Shown: positions 40,090 to 52,870 of the stretch, piece after piece | How positions within the stretch are numbered: the first letter of the stretch is position 1 | Layout: every line of letters starts with the position of its first letter | Notes under the pieces: generated by a model | What the model saw: the letters and a program-made list of their open reading frames with translations, nothing else | The model's database searches: none | What the model was told of the DNA's origin: nothing | Translations under genes and position numbers: made by a program | Origin: Harriotta raleighana | Taxonomy: Eukaryota | Length of the DNA stretch: 64,000 nucleotides | Reading direction: 5' to 3' | NCBI GenBank assembly: GCA_050575255.1 | Contig: JBNZDD010013727.1 | Location: forward strand, 4,352,333 to 4,416,332

Positions 40090-40335
40090 ATTATAGCCTG
40101 TATAAATCGCAAAGAAGCGGAAGGTCTTCAGGTTTGATCTGAGGAGAGTGGCAAGGAGGGCATTGGATTAAATAAGGCAGGAGGTTTCAACTGCATTGTA
40201 ATTGGGGTACAGTCAGAGGAAGGCAATGTGACATTGATGGAGGAAAGCGGTTCAAGTCAGGGACTAGACGTGAGGTAGGAAGGACAGCTAAGGATTGCAC
40301 CTGATGCCTAGGTTATGTACAGGTTCACTAAGTCT
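40090..40335 (-). mobile_element. Old L2 fragment
   Basis: GAGGAAGGCAATGTGACATTGATGG and TCAAGTCAGGGACTAGACGTGAGGTAGGAAG resemble the antisense L2 RT C-terminal region at 360-450. Confidence 0.5.
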
Positions 40336-40614
40336 TCAGGATAGGTCAGGGAGGATGAGGCAGTCAGAACTGCAGGAGAGAAGACCTTGATGGGAACTAA
40401 GAAATACAGTTGAAGGCCAAAAAAAAAAGAAAATTGTCCTACAAACTAAGACTGTGGAATTTCAAGTCTCTGATGCACATGCACTTTCCAGCAGAGTCAC
40501 TGGAATGATCAAGAACTGAAGTCTGACTGATTTTTTCCTTTTCAAACGTAAAAACATCCACCATTCAATTCACTGGTTGGAGTTCAGCAAATAGTGGAGT
40601 CCTATGACTCAGTG

Positions 40615-40754
40615 ATTTCGCCCACAAATATATAGTCAATTTTTTCCTACTTTCCTTCCCCAACCTCTCCCCCTCTGCTCTGATCCCTACATGACTGTGC
40701 AGTACTTGGAACGTCTCCTGATGTGAAAGGCATTATATAAATTATATAAATATA

Positions 40755-40790
<36 letters not shown>
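40615..40790 (+). mobile_element. Deu-block element 3' end with (GATT)n tail
   Basis: TTTCGCCCACAAATATATAGTC, a pyrimidine tract, ACGTCTCCTGATGTGAAAGGCATTATAT and (GATT)n at 40760-40790. Confidence 0.8.
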
Positions 40791-40791
<1 letters not shown>

Positions 40792-40795
40792 AATT

Positions 40796-41094
40796 AGCGC
40801 ACACGCCTTACAAATGTGAGACCTATGTTTCGAATCCAGGCAGATCAGGGTGAAATCTTGGGAAAGTTTCCTTACTCCATATGCCTAATAATAATCCGTA
40901 CCAAAAAAAACTAGAAGAAATTGGTCATTTCAATCCACTACTGTTTGTGGGACATGGCTGTGCGCAATTGGTCTCCACATTTTGCCTGCAAATATACACC
41001 CAATTCACTTTATAGTATATTCTCTGAAGTGCTTTGAGAGTCTAGAAGACATGAAAATCGCTATATCACATGCAAGTACAGTATTATTATTATC
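40796..41094 (+). mobile_element. tRNA-headed Deu-type SINE, slightly 5' truncated
   Basis: GCCTTACAAATGTGAGACC...TTCGAATCCAGGCAGATCAGGG, body and tail. Confidence 0.9.
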
Positions 41095-41739
41095 ATTAAT
41101 CTCTCGTTAGATGCCTCCTCAGCTCTGACAACTAGCAACCAGTCCACTTGAATGTTGTAAATTCTTTGCCCGCTGAGAGAAATATGCAGTCTGTTCCCTT
41201 AAATAATAATAATAATACTTAGATTTATATAGCGCTTTCCACATATTATTGATCCTTTGTGGGTGTTGATCATAACCTATAATACAATAATATAATTGAT
41301 CAATGGTAGAAAAAAGGTTCCAGCTTTACAGTGAGGTTTCTCTGATAGGCTCCTCTGATAGCTCCACAGCTCCTAGTGTGCACCAATTGAGAATAGCTGC
41401 TTATATCAGTAGGGTTATCTGTTTGGGTGGAGGAGGTAGCAAGGATATGACTGTATTTGTACACCAATAGTTCCAAAGAACCATATGTGAGCATTAGGGT
41501 GTACATTGGAAACCAGGTCTACTCAAAGGTACAATTGTCTAAGGTTTGGAAATGCTGGTCCTGCACTATTACCTCTCAGCCTAGACTATTAAATTTCAGA
41601 TAACCTTTCTCTGTAACACATTGCTATTCTATGCATTGAATCTTTGGGGGAGCACAACAGGACATTTGACAGTCCCTTTCTATGTTTATTCTTAAGCCTT
41701 TAGTCACTGTTTAACCAAATAGACAAAGAAGGAAATTCA

Positions 41740-42200
41740 CATAGTATCCGTTACTTTGCTGGGAGCCCATTACAAATATCTACTCTGTCAGAAAAAGCAT
41801 TTTTTCTAATCTCTCGTCTCGCTTGAGGCTTACCAATTTTGTTTCCATGTCCTTTAGTCTGTGATCACAGTTGAAGTTAACTAACCTGCTTAAGTCGACA
41901 TTATCCATGCCTTTCAGCATTTAAAAACCCTGATATGCATTTTCTCATTCTGTACATATAATCTGCAGTTCCTTATTCCTTCTTTCTTATGTTAGTATAA
42001 AAGACTCATTTATTGATTTCTGTCCCCTAAATGTAATGCAATGCTTTGCTATCCTCACTGTATACTCCCCTCCCATCCTTATATTTATCACTTATCAGTT
42101 TCTATTATTGCTTCTCCCTTTCTGCAGATTCTATTTCAAACATTTCCCAATCTTAAAGGCAAAATCTTGTTTAATTCACCACCCCCTGCATTCAAAAGCG
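41740..42200 (-). mobile_element. Old CR1 fragment
   Basis: TACTCTGTCAGAAAAAGCATTTTTTCTAATCTC and CCATGTCCTTTAGTC (antisense of the TKGH and FF..RV motifs). Confidence 0.5.
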
Positions 42201-43845
42201 GTCTCTTCCCTAACAAGCAGTTTACATCTACTCAAACCCATCACAATTATAAATCAATTCTATTCCAACTACCTTGTCCTATTTCTCCAACTCACAGTTG
42301 AGACCAATTATTGATTCTTTTCATCACTGGGTGCATCATTGGCAGTAACTCAGTGTTGTTGCTTTCACACGTATCTTACACCCTGACAATGGTGCCATCA
42401 AACCTAATTGTAAGACCTCTTAAAGAAAAGCCTATTTGAACGGTAGTTGCTTCTATCTCCACAGGGGTTTTCATTTTATGTAGCAGTCCCAGTGAAGACT
42501 GGATAGAAACACATCATTCCAGGGTCACTAAATCCATAGAGTGTTTGTGCTCGGGGAAATTACGAAACCATGATTCAATTTACAATATTTCTGTATTCCT
42601 TAAATAAGGAAGCCCATGTATTAGCCACAGTGAGTATCTTTCAAAGTATAATCAGTATGTTAGGTTGATATTTATACCAGTTAACATGATGGGAGAGCTT
42701 TTGCACTGGTGGATTAAAATAATGAATCTAGCCAATTATCGGGATACTGTTTCCAATTAGCTGCAGTAACACAACATTTCCTGATAGTTATCTGAATATT
42801 TGCCTGAATTTATGAATCACATTTGGATCAGGGTTTATATCCATAGGACATAATGTAATATTTAAATTAATTACCATGCTGTATTGATGCTTGTTGAGTC
42901 ACTAGCCATCATCACAGATATGTAGCAAATTAACTGGTGCTTGCTTCTATATATCCAATAATGCTCCTGGCATACTACTAATCATATTTGCACATATTAA
43001 ATGTAGATGCACATGCAGATTTCATTATAATAAATGATTATTTATTTGCAGCTATCCCCATGCTGATATACATCTATATTTGTGGGGAGTGGAGGGGAGG
43101 GATCTCAGAGTGACTCTTAGCCAACTGTCTGAAACTCTGCTCATACCCTGACTTTACAGAATTCATAACTGAGATTGGGATCTAAGTGGAGTTCCAAATG
43201 GGCAACTGTGATTAATATTGAACCTTGCCCATTGTTATAGCACTTTCATGATGCAAGGACATCCCAAAGCCATTAAAGGTTATATTGCAAAGTGACTGTG
43301 TGTTTTGTGTGTGAATATGGAGTGATACATCTAAGATTCTTTAGTTATGAATCATTTTACAAACTCCCAAAGTTAAATTCCCTTCTTTAGGTGCATGAAC
43401 CCTGCCAAACCCTTTTCTACTTTCTTTTTTTTGTAAAATAAATACAGTATATCTATTTTTGTATACAATGCATGTTTCACATATTAGAGGTTATTCTTTA
43501 ATTGTTGGCAACTTGCTAACCTTGCCATTGTGAATCATTGTCCAAGCTGGGCAATCCACTGGGATAGTGGGTACAGTTCTGGATGGTGGTGGTGAGGGAG
43601 AGAATGATGATCAAAAGCATGGTCAAAAACTATGTTTTAATGCTGCTTAAAGGTGGAGGGATGAATGGAAATGGACTCACTGTCTGTGGATGATATAAAT
43701 TGGGGGCATATAAAAGCCAAAAAGGAGAGGACAGAGTTGAACCTTAAGGTTTGCAAGTGACTGTCCAGGAAGAGAAACCATTGGAAGAGATGACGTAAAA
43801 GCAAGTTTTCAGGTGAAACTTGAAAAAGTGGACAGAGGGCCAAGG

Positions 43846-44510
43846 TAATAATAATAATAATAATAATACTTAGATTTATATAGCGCTTTCCACATCTTAT
43901 CGACGTCCCAAAGCGCTTTACAGAATACAACAACGTTCGGTAGGGAGAAAAAAGGGGGAAGAAAGGGGGGAAAAGAATAGGGGCCAGAGCAGGGGAGGAG
44001 GGGTCGTGGTAGTGGGAAGGAATAGGAAAAGTGACTGTATATTTGTGGACGAAATGCGGCAGCCAAATTGCGCACAGCAGTATCCCACAAACAGTCGTGG
44101 AAGTGAGGGGGCCAGGGATGGAAGAGGGAAAGAGGGTAAGGGGAGGGGTCAGGGTAGGGGGAAGAGAGCAGGAAAACCAAGTGTATATTTGGGAGCGAAA
44201 TGCGGCAGCCAAATTGCGCACAGCAGTGTCCCACAAACAGGAAATGGGGCCGGGGGAGAAAGGGGGAAAAGATGGCAAGGGGGGAGATGGAGGGAAAAGT
44301 GGATGGGATAAAATCAGGGAGGAAAATGGGGGAGAAAGGGGACAAGGGGGAAATCAGGGAGGACAAGGAGGGAGAAATGGTGGCAAGGGGGAAGAGGGAG
44401 GGAAAGGTGGGTGGGAAAAAAATCAGGGAGAAATGGGGAGAAAGGGGGACAAGAGGGAAGAGGGAAGAAGAAGAAAAAGGAGGGGGAAATGATAGGGGAA
44501 GGGGGGATTA
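43846..44510 (-). mobile_element. Young composite element: (TTA)n tail, two Deu-like blocks and long purine tracts
   Basis: Tail AATAATACTTAGATTTATATAGCGCTTTCCACATCTTATCGACGTCCC. Deu-like blocks at ~44031-44094 and ~44181-44240. G/A-rich tracts extend to 44510. Confidence 0.75.
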
Positions 44511-44734
44511 AACAACAACAACATCAACAATAACAAACAAAAAAGTAACAATAATAGAAAGAGCAACAACAACAATTAACAACAGTCCAGCAACTGTTGT
44601 CCTTATCACCCGCCTGGATCATTTCAAATAGGCCATCGATCAGCCAGGCCATCGATCAGCTCTCGAGTTCGTTCCTCATAGGGTTGCATTTGCTCATTCA
44701 CCTCCTTTTTATTGGGATGCTGGGACTTTTCCTC

Positions 44735-44925
44735 AGAGTCCTTGTAGGTAGAGTGATGGCGGGAGAGTGTTCCATAATGCGCAACTTCGAATGGTGGAGA
44801 GAAAGGTGTGAGTGACCAGCAGGAGGCCAGTGCCAGTCGAGCAGTGCCGGGAGGTAGATCGGGCAGTGTGGAGATCAGAGACGTAGGGAGGTACCAGAGA
44901 GTGAAGGGATTTGAACACAAATTTG
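44735..44925 (-). mobile_element. L2 fragment
   Basis: Translates VFKSLHSLVPPYVSDL and ALWNTLPPSL, L2 ORF2 C-terminal motifs. Confidence 0.8.
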
Positions 44926-45069
44926 AGTCATTTAGTCATTTCAAATCCAAGCTCTGTTGTTAATTAATTTGGTATTATTGCTTATATTGAATCCCTTGGC
45001 ACAGTGGCTCAATTGATTGAGTAAAACACATGGTAAATTTAAGACCCACAACTGTCTGTCAATAAAATG

Positions 45070-45740
45070 TTTTTGATTTGAGAGGTAGGAAGGTGCCAGG
45101 GAATGAATGGATTTGAAAATGAATGTGAGGATCTTGGCCGATCATGGTGAGCCACTGAAGCCTGGCCAGCAACTGGTGAGATGTAGGTACGGAGTTTGGT
45201 CCGAATAATTATGTGGGCTACAGAGTTTGAATGAGGTGGATTTTTTGAATTGTGGAGCAGGGGAGATCGGCGAGTAGTGCATGTTCGTAATCCAGATGGG
45301 AAGTGACAAACACATGCACAAGGATTTTGGCTGCATTTGGAGTAAAGTATGATTAGAGGCAATGTGGTGGAGATGGAAGAAGGCAGTCCTAATCAGGACC
45401 TAGATGTGGAGAAGGAAGGACAACTGGGGATCAAACCAAACACCTAGATAATGCATTGATTTGGTGCATCTGAAGGAGAGACCAGAGAAGTTTTTGCGTT
45501 TGGATCCGCAGGAGTGAAGATGTTGACGGGCGCCAATGAGTATGATTTCCATCTTCTGTGGATACATTCATCTGGACTGTGATGTCGCAAGACAAGCTGA
45601 TAGAACGTTGGCAGACATGGAATAGATACTGGAGGAGGCAAAGTAGTTTTGTGTATCATCCGCATACATGTGGAAGTTTATGTGTCTGCAATGACTGCAG
45701 AAACAGCAGAGAGATTATGGCAGACAAGGAGGCAAAAAAA
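45070..45740 (-). mobile_element. L2 RT fragment
   Basis: NFHMYADDT, with YADD at 45655-45666 on the minus strand. Also LGVWFDPQLS at ~45420-45447 and FSNPFIPWHLPTS-type C-terminal remnants. Confidence 0.85.
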
Positions 45741-46224
45741 GCTTTTACACTACAAGTCTACCATCCCCGCACATAGCAATATCAGTATTACCACTGCCAC
45801 TTCACCACCAATTGTAAAATGATATATTTAGCCGAAGCATTTAACATGCTAATGTAATACTGCTGGTAGAATATTTTGAGGGAGATAGTAAACAGAAACC
45901 TGTTTATTAGATCAAAATAAGAAGCATTTTGTGAAAATTATTCAGTGGCACCCCAAGGTAACTGTAAAATTCCACAAGATCACTATTGAGCAATAAAAAT
46001 TCACTAATATAAAAGCAAGCATGATTTTAAGTAAAACTAACTCTTAATAATAATTATTTAACCAGAAATTGTGGATATTAATGTTTTTTATTAGTCTGAA
46101 TTCCTAAAATTACTGTTTCTGCAATTTCACATTGTAAAAATTGATTATTTGCCTCATGAAAATTATTTTCAATGATCCCAATTAATGAGTGAGCTCTATA
46201 TTTCATATAATATATTAACTGTAA

Positions 46225-46502
46225 CATGACTGTATATTTGTTGACAAAACTGGGCAGCCAATTGTGCACAGCATGGTACCACAAACAATCGTGGATTGAG
46301 TTACCAAATTCTTTTTTATTAAGGATTTTTATCCCCGGCAAAGCGATTCGCCAATCGACTAACAACTGGGTTCCTACTTGCTACTGGGTAAACAGAGGCG
46401 TGTGGAGTAAGGAAATTTGCCCAACATTTTGCCCTGCTGGGAATTGAACCCAGGTCTTTCATTTGTGAGGTGACTACTCTAACCACTAAGCTACAGGACT
46501 CC
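46225..46502 (-). mobile_element. tRNA-headed Deu-type SINE, long variant
   Basis: GCAGCCAATTGTGCACAGC, CCAATCGACTAACAACTGGGTTCCTA and CTCTAACCACTAAGCTACAGGACTCC. Confidence 0.88.
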
Positions 46503-48879
46503 AGAATGCTCCCTTGAACTGAGCAAACTCAAATGCCACATGCCAGCTATAATTATAAATATATTGTATATTTTGGAATAAGATTCAAACAGCATCTCAA
46601 ACATTAATGACAGAATTCAATATTTTGAATGTACATTGACCTCTTCCTTTAAAATTCTCTTTACAACCATCTGGAAGTAGGATAAAATTGGCATTTTATC
46701 TCCCATCATAGCCATGATCAACAGAAGATCCTGATCTTGAACTACATAACACCACTTGCTACCATTGGTTACTCGATAGTAATCCAGAGCAGATTTGCCC
46801 AAACATTGTTTTATTCAAGGAGAAATATAAATAAGATCCACAGCATCAAATTGAGATTGCTGCATAGTGCATCAGATCACCACATATTTTATTTCACTTG
46901 CCATAAAGCGTGCAGAAATCGTGTTGATGCTAGGAGAAGGCATACAAATTCTAGCCCAGTGCTATTTATTTGTTGTGAGTAGTTCTGACAGCCATTCACT
47001 TTCACATACAAGACAGCAGCAGGTGTTTTAGCCCAGTTTGAGTGTGAAAAATTAATTGGTTCATGAATTGTAACATTAAGTTCATTTTTTCATTGGCAAC
47101 AAATCTATTTTAAAGTTGGAATTTTGCAGGAAAAACAAAAGAAATTAATTATGTAGAATCCACAGAAAGACTGTGCCATCTACTATTGCCCCTAGTCATA
47201 ATGAATGTTCCAGTATGTTTTATTATGCAATATGGGATTCCTAGTTGATTAAAATACTTGGCTGCACCTCACACTTTAATGAGTTGTTTGTCCCCTGTTC
47301 CTGCACCAAACATGCTGGAATATTCATTTTGACTATAATAGTGTATCCATTTTGCTTTAGCAAAACCATGAGCCAATAGGTCAATCAATTCTGAGTTGTA
47401 TTGCTTGAGTGACCTTCAGCTCAAACAATGAATAATCATTTGAAATTACTGCAGACTTGGAACTAATGATACAAACTGAAGGAGACATTGAGTTCAGTTA
47501 TCTTTAATCCCCCAAAAGTATTCACTTTTTTTCAATTGTAACCGCTACATCCTTATTAGCATTATTCAAGAAGGATTCATAATCTCTGGTAAGTTAAACA
47601 TTATCACAATAGTGTCCTCTAGTCTGTCATAACGAGTCCAATCTTTGGAAATGATACTTGAGATTTCATCAAAGAAATTACATTTGCCCTGTCTTGTCAA
47701 TCAATGCCTTCATTTTCACAGCACTGAAAAACAGTTTCACAGTCCTTCCATCCATCACGTGCAATTCCTATCACTTTGTATTAAACTTGCAGTTTTATGT
47801 GGTATTATTTGTACATTTTTTTGGGACTGATGTAAAACAACACTATGTTTAGTGTTTACATTGCTGTGTAACAGCATTTTATGATTGCTAAGTACCCAAA
47901 GGATCCAATTGACTATGGTAACAGCAATGAGTGCACTAGACCACCTGTGGAGCATGGAATTTTTGAAGGCAATGAATCAAGAGGAAAATCATAACAAGAG
48001 ACTTGGGAGACAAATAAATAAGTTTATGTTTATTTTTAAAACCATTTATCTTTTAAATAAACATATTCCACTAGGATGAGCAAAAGGCCAACTGACTTCC
48101 AGCTGGAAACCTGGTCTATTCATTATCTATTTCTAATAAAATCTTTTTGCAATAAACATTTGTGAACAAGATATTTTTAATCATTTTCATTCAGCTGGCA
48201 GCAAAATGAACATTTAAGCATAATTTATCATATTTGTCTCTTGTGTATTTGGTAATTTTCTTACAAATGTTTTCTAAACTATGTTGTAATACAAACCTTA
48301 TGGGTTTGACTTTCCTTTGTTGATTAACATTTCAGCAGTGCTGATCTGTTAAGCGCTGACGCTGGGTTTGAAGATATGTGAAGGACTGTCTGTCAAGCAT
48401 GGTGAACAGCAGTAAAGCATATGTTTCAGACAAATGCTGGTATAAAGTGGCAGGTGTACCTTACCTATGGAGATAGTAATGGAGAGTAAACTGCAGTATG
48501 AGATGTGCTAATTCACACAATACTGATGAAAGTGGGCAGTCACTCTGTTATTCACTGATCTGTAGATGTATTGGTGCTGAACTCCCCCTCCCTCCACTGT
48601 TCTCAACAGTTGATCCTAATAGTCCACTGCACACAATAAACACATCAAGAAAATAAAGAAACAATATTTATTTGTTCACCTGATTTTTACCTGGTATGTT
48701 TTTGAAATCTGAAACATGGCTTTGTAAGCTGAATATCATTCAACTGAATATAAAATACGGTTTGCACATTGCAGGTGTTGCATTTTTTATGCATGAGTTC
48801 AGAATGCATTACATTTCACAGATTAGAACATTTTTGAAAGAATTAGCCTCTAGTAAAAGAGTAATTGTGTCGAGAGCCA

Positions 48880-49085
48880 GACAGTACATGCACAACAGAC
48901 TGTGCCAGCCTTATCATTCATGGACATGTCACAGGAGAACAGAGGCAATGTATTCTGAAAGAAGCTGTCTGGAAGTTGACAGACTTGATCAAACTGAACT
49001 GTATTATGGAGCCAGGATAATACTGTTCATCAACTTGAGGGTCACGGTTGTCCTCACCTTATATGTAACTGGCAACTTCAAAAGT
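48880..49085 (+). pseudogene. PIF/Harbinger transposase N-terminal fossil
   Basis: Across frameshifts it reads LSFMDMSQE, LKEAVWKLTDLI and NLRVTVVLTLYVTGNFK, resembling the HARBI1-family SF.DMS..., KE.V.ELC.L and KVTVALNFYATGSFQ motifs. Confidence 0.55.
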
Positions 49086-49161
49086 CTAGGGAAGAAGACT
49101 TGGAAGGAGTCAGTCACTTTGCTGTCTATTGAACAGGTGACCATTCAGTTGGACCTGAATA

Positions 49162-49250
49162 CATATCCGTACACAAATGCCTTGGAAATTCCATATCGGT
49201 ACTCAAATGCCTTGGAAATTCCATATCGGTACTCAAATACCTTGGAAATT
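49162..49250. repeat. 30-bp tandem repeat, 3 copies
   Basis: CATATCGGTACTCAAATGCCTTGGAAATTC x3, imperfect. Confidence 0.9.
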
Positions 49251-49974
49251 ACTTCAAAATGGGGAAGAACGTCAAAAGCTTGTGGTTCAGGGGAGAACAG
49301 GGAAGTTTTATCCAAGTTGTGGCCAACCTGTGGTCTTCAAAAAGCCTTCCATCAAATATTCACACAAGTCTATGTAATTCCATAACTAATCAGAGGTTTT
49401 TTCAATTTTTGGATTGAATATTTCTTGATTTATGGCAAAAATCACTACAATTTCAATCAAGAAAGTGTATTTTGTGGACCATAAAGGTTGGCTACCATTT
49501 ATTTAACTAATGTCAGGATGGGCTTGTCATGCTGTAGTCCACATTGGTGATTGCTTCGACTACAGCAGTCTAGGATATTGGTTATTCATTAGGATATTCT
49601 GTTCCAGCTATCCAAATCTGTAATCTAACTTGATGATGTGTGAGCCTGTATGCTGGCATTGGGAGGAGGAGTATCTTAGCCATTTTGCACCTCAGGTGCT
49701 TTCAGCTTTGACATTGTCCTCTATTTGGAGGGCATTCAGCTAATTGTGGTGGTTATTTGAGACTTGCTGCTGCTGCAGCTGTTGCTGCTGATGGGGGCCA
49801 GTGAAAGAATGTGTGGAGAATCTGAGAGAAATCAAGCATGCTTTTAGATTGAAATAGGTGAAAGTATCAATTCTTAATCTGTTCCTGCTAACATCAAAAT
49901 TCTCTAGCTCCTATCAGTACAATGTTCAGGAGATTTGGGACCACAATTCTTAAAAAGCTTGAATTCTACGATAT

Positions 49975-50465
49975 ACAACAACAAAATTATACTTGTATAG
50001 CACCTTTCACGTCAGGAGGACGTTGGAAGGCGCTGGTCAGTCATTGTTTCAGACACAAGTTGGGGTTGGGGACAGGGAGGGTGGAGGGAAAGGAGGTGAT
50101 TTGGGGTGATCAATGGGACCGTCGAAGAGGAGTCCTTGAGGCAGGACTTGAAGCAGTCCAGGAAGGGGCAAGATGGACGGATTGCGGGATGGAGTTCCAG
50201 AGGTTGGGGGCAGAGTGGCTGAAGCTCGCCCGTCAATGGTGGGGCAGGTGGGTCGGGCAACATGGAGCAGGCTAGAGCCTGCTGAGCGGACGGGGCGGGC
50301 AGGTTGATAGGGGATCAGAGGGTCACAGGGTGGAGCAAGGCCATGGAGGGCTTTGAATGTACAATCAAGGGCAGCAGAGATGGAGAGGGGGAGATTTTTT
50401 TCCAACGTGAGGTCTTAAGAATAAGGCAGGATTTGAAGGAGGCCAGGGAGGGGACGAGGCAGAGG
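49975..50465 (-). mobile_element. L2 LINE 3' end
   Basis: (CAA)n tail and TTCACGTCAGGAGGACGT. Antisense translation TFKALHGLAPP...SAGSSLLHV is close to 700-1090. Confidence 0.9.
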
Positions 50466-50479
50466 GATTTCAAAACCTC

Positions 50480-50952
50480 AAATAATATCCTTATCATACC
50501 AATTCTCCAGAGACCCAGATGACCCCATCACACCAGTTCTAGCCAAGTTCCACTAACTCCCGCAACACCAAATGGGTCCATTTCAGAATCCTTAAACTTG
50601 TTTGTAAATCCTTTCGTTCCCTGGTACCTCTCTACCTCTCCAACCTACTTATCCCCCAAGCCATGACCTGCTGCCTTTGATCAATTGGCCACAGCCTTCT
50701 GCATGTCCCCCCATTCCCTCAGTTTTACCATTGGTGGCTGTATTTTCAACTATTACACCACAAAACTCTGGAATACTGTTCCTCTATCCCTCAGCTTTGC
50801 CCCTTCCTTTCCCATTTTACGGTCATGCCTGAAGGCATTCCTATTTGACTGTGCCTACGGTAATCTCTCCCACCCACTGGTCTACCACTGTCAAGCACTC
50901 TGGGACCTCACCCTGCATGAGGAGCACTATATAAATGCAAGTTGTTGTTGTT
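50480..50952 (+). mobile_element. L2 LINE 3' end
   Basis: Translates ITPVLAKFH.LP, FRILKLVCKS, KLWNTVPLSL and LKAFLFD. Tail GCACTATATAAATGCAAGTTGTTGTTG. Confidence 0.88.
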
Positions 50953-52639
50953 ATCTCCATTTCACTTTGTGGGTTTTAACAATATGTCTAGATCTCTGAA
51001 AGAGTTTTGGAGTTTGTTAACCAATTTGGACAATATTAGGAAAGCCATGCAAAACGTTTTGTGGCTAGTGTCTGTCTCCTTAGCTTCTCTTCCAGGGCTG
51101 TCTGTCAGGCTGTTTCATGTTGAGTTCATCATTGAGTGATGCAGACCCATGAAGTAGCCAATATTCACATTGTACTGTTCCCATTGCCTGTGCTCTGAAC
51201 CTGCCAGAAAACAATAGTCAAATAATGGAATATTGATCCTCATGGTCATATTCGCAATTAAATTTATAGTTGCACCATCCAAACACTTTTTACTTCACTG
51301 ACAAAGAAATTTCATGCATTAGATTATTGAAAAGAGCACCAGACAAATCATGCTTGTAAACACAGGTATGAGAGTGAATATTGTTATCATGAAACAACTA
51401 AATGATATTGAAAATAACTATTTTCGTATTTGATACAGCACCTATAATTGAAAAGTCTCAAAGTGCTTCACATTTAATTCTCGTCAAGTATAGTGACTCT
51501 GCCTTTGTCAGCAAACACAGATACCAATTTGTGCACAGTTATGTCACAGAACAGCCATAAACAACCACATGCTGCTTTATTTTAAATTCCCAAATAAGGA
51601 GACAAGATGAAACAGATGTGGATCTAAACGCATTGTTTATACTGTCTTAGGACAAAATATTAATTGACCTTTCAGTTTTCCTTGTAAGATCACATACTTT
51701 ACTCAGACTTTAAGGCCTGCTAAATGCCCAACTAAACCTATACCTTGCCACTCCCTATAATTTGTCTCAATAGTATTCTAACCATACTAAAGATTGATAT
51801 ATTTGTTGAAAATTGCCACCAAAATGCTCACTCCTTATTTCAAAGATTCGTAGCTCCACAATTTATGTTAGTTTTTGTTTTTTAAGACTTTTTTGAAAGT
51901 TTTGTTTCAAAGATACATAACCCACTTAAATAAATGTGAACCAAGCTATTCATCAGACCAACATGGCTTATGATATAAATGAAACAAACATGATATAGAT
52001 AGCTATGGATACCGACACAGATTTAATTGATTGGCAAATAGAGCGAATACGATGGGCAGGAAAACCACCAGGTTCCCCACTGAGAGCTTATGAAACATGA
52101 GAATTCAGTATTCCAACTGTGAGTGAAATACTGTGTGAAAGCAGAGCATTATATAAAAATGGGCTGAGAGAAGAATGAGAAACCAAGTTTAGACTAACAC
52201 CATATAGGAGGGGTCATAGGAATATAAGAACCTGTGAAATGAGAAAAGCCCCTTTGGTCCATCAACCTTGACCAATCCATTTGGAAATGGTTCAGCAGCA
52301 CTGAAGATAGTTATAGCAAGTACCTACCTCCCCAGAAATGTACCTAAAAAACACTCTATCATGGGTCATGCCCGATCAGGCTCCAAATTGTTTTATTCTG
52401 TAATACTGTAGGTTCAGTTCAGGGGGTCCTACAAAAGATAAACTAGCCCTATACCACAAGGATTATAATGCATAGACACTTTGTATTGTGACTGCCAGTC
52501 CAGATCCAAAATGATTCCAGTGTCAACATTTCAAATTGCTTTTCTTCCTGTTCTGCTATATGCAGACTGATTGGTTTACTCTGTGGGGAATTTTATGTAA
52601 TCCAAATTGGACAATTTCCACAATGTACTTAAAACAAAA

Positions 52640-52870
52640 AACGGCAGGAAATGGAGGTGATTGGTTAAGTAGGGCTTCAACCATGTGAATGCGGTCCCAC
52701 TAAGTTGGATGAGGGATAGGCGGTGGAGGAGGATATCATGGTTGACTGTGTCAAATGTGACAGAGAGATTCAGGAGGACGAGATGTCAAAGAAAGTCCTA
52801 GTTACAGATAGAGAGGACGTCATTTGTGACTTTGACAAGCGCTATCTCAGATTTGTGGGAGTGGTGAAAA
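52640..52870 (-). mobile_element. L2 RT fragment
   Basis: Antisense translation EIALVKVTNDVLSICN, FDTVNHDILLHRL and SGTAFTWLKPYLTN. Confidence 0.85.

Noticed and set aside
43637-44511. Several long ORFs (101-213 aa) on both strands
   Set aside because: They arise from stop-poor purine/pyrimidine tracts and SINE blocks, giving low-complexity G/E/K/R or P/S/F translations.
49162-49250. 30-bp repeats suggestive of a CRISPR array
   Set aside because: The repeats are head-to-tail with no unique spacers, there are no cas genes, and the context is vertebrate.
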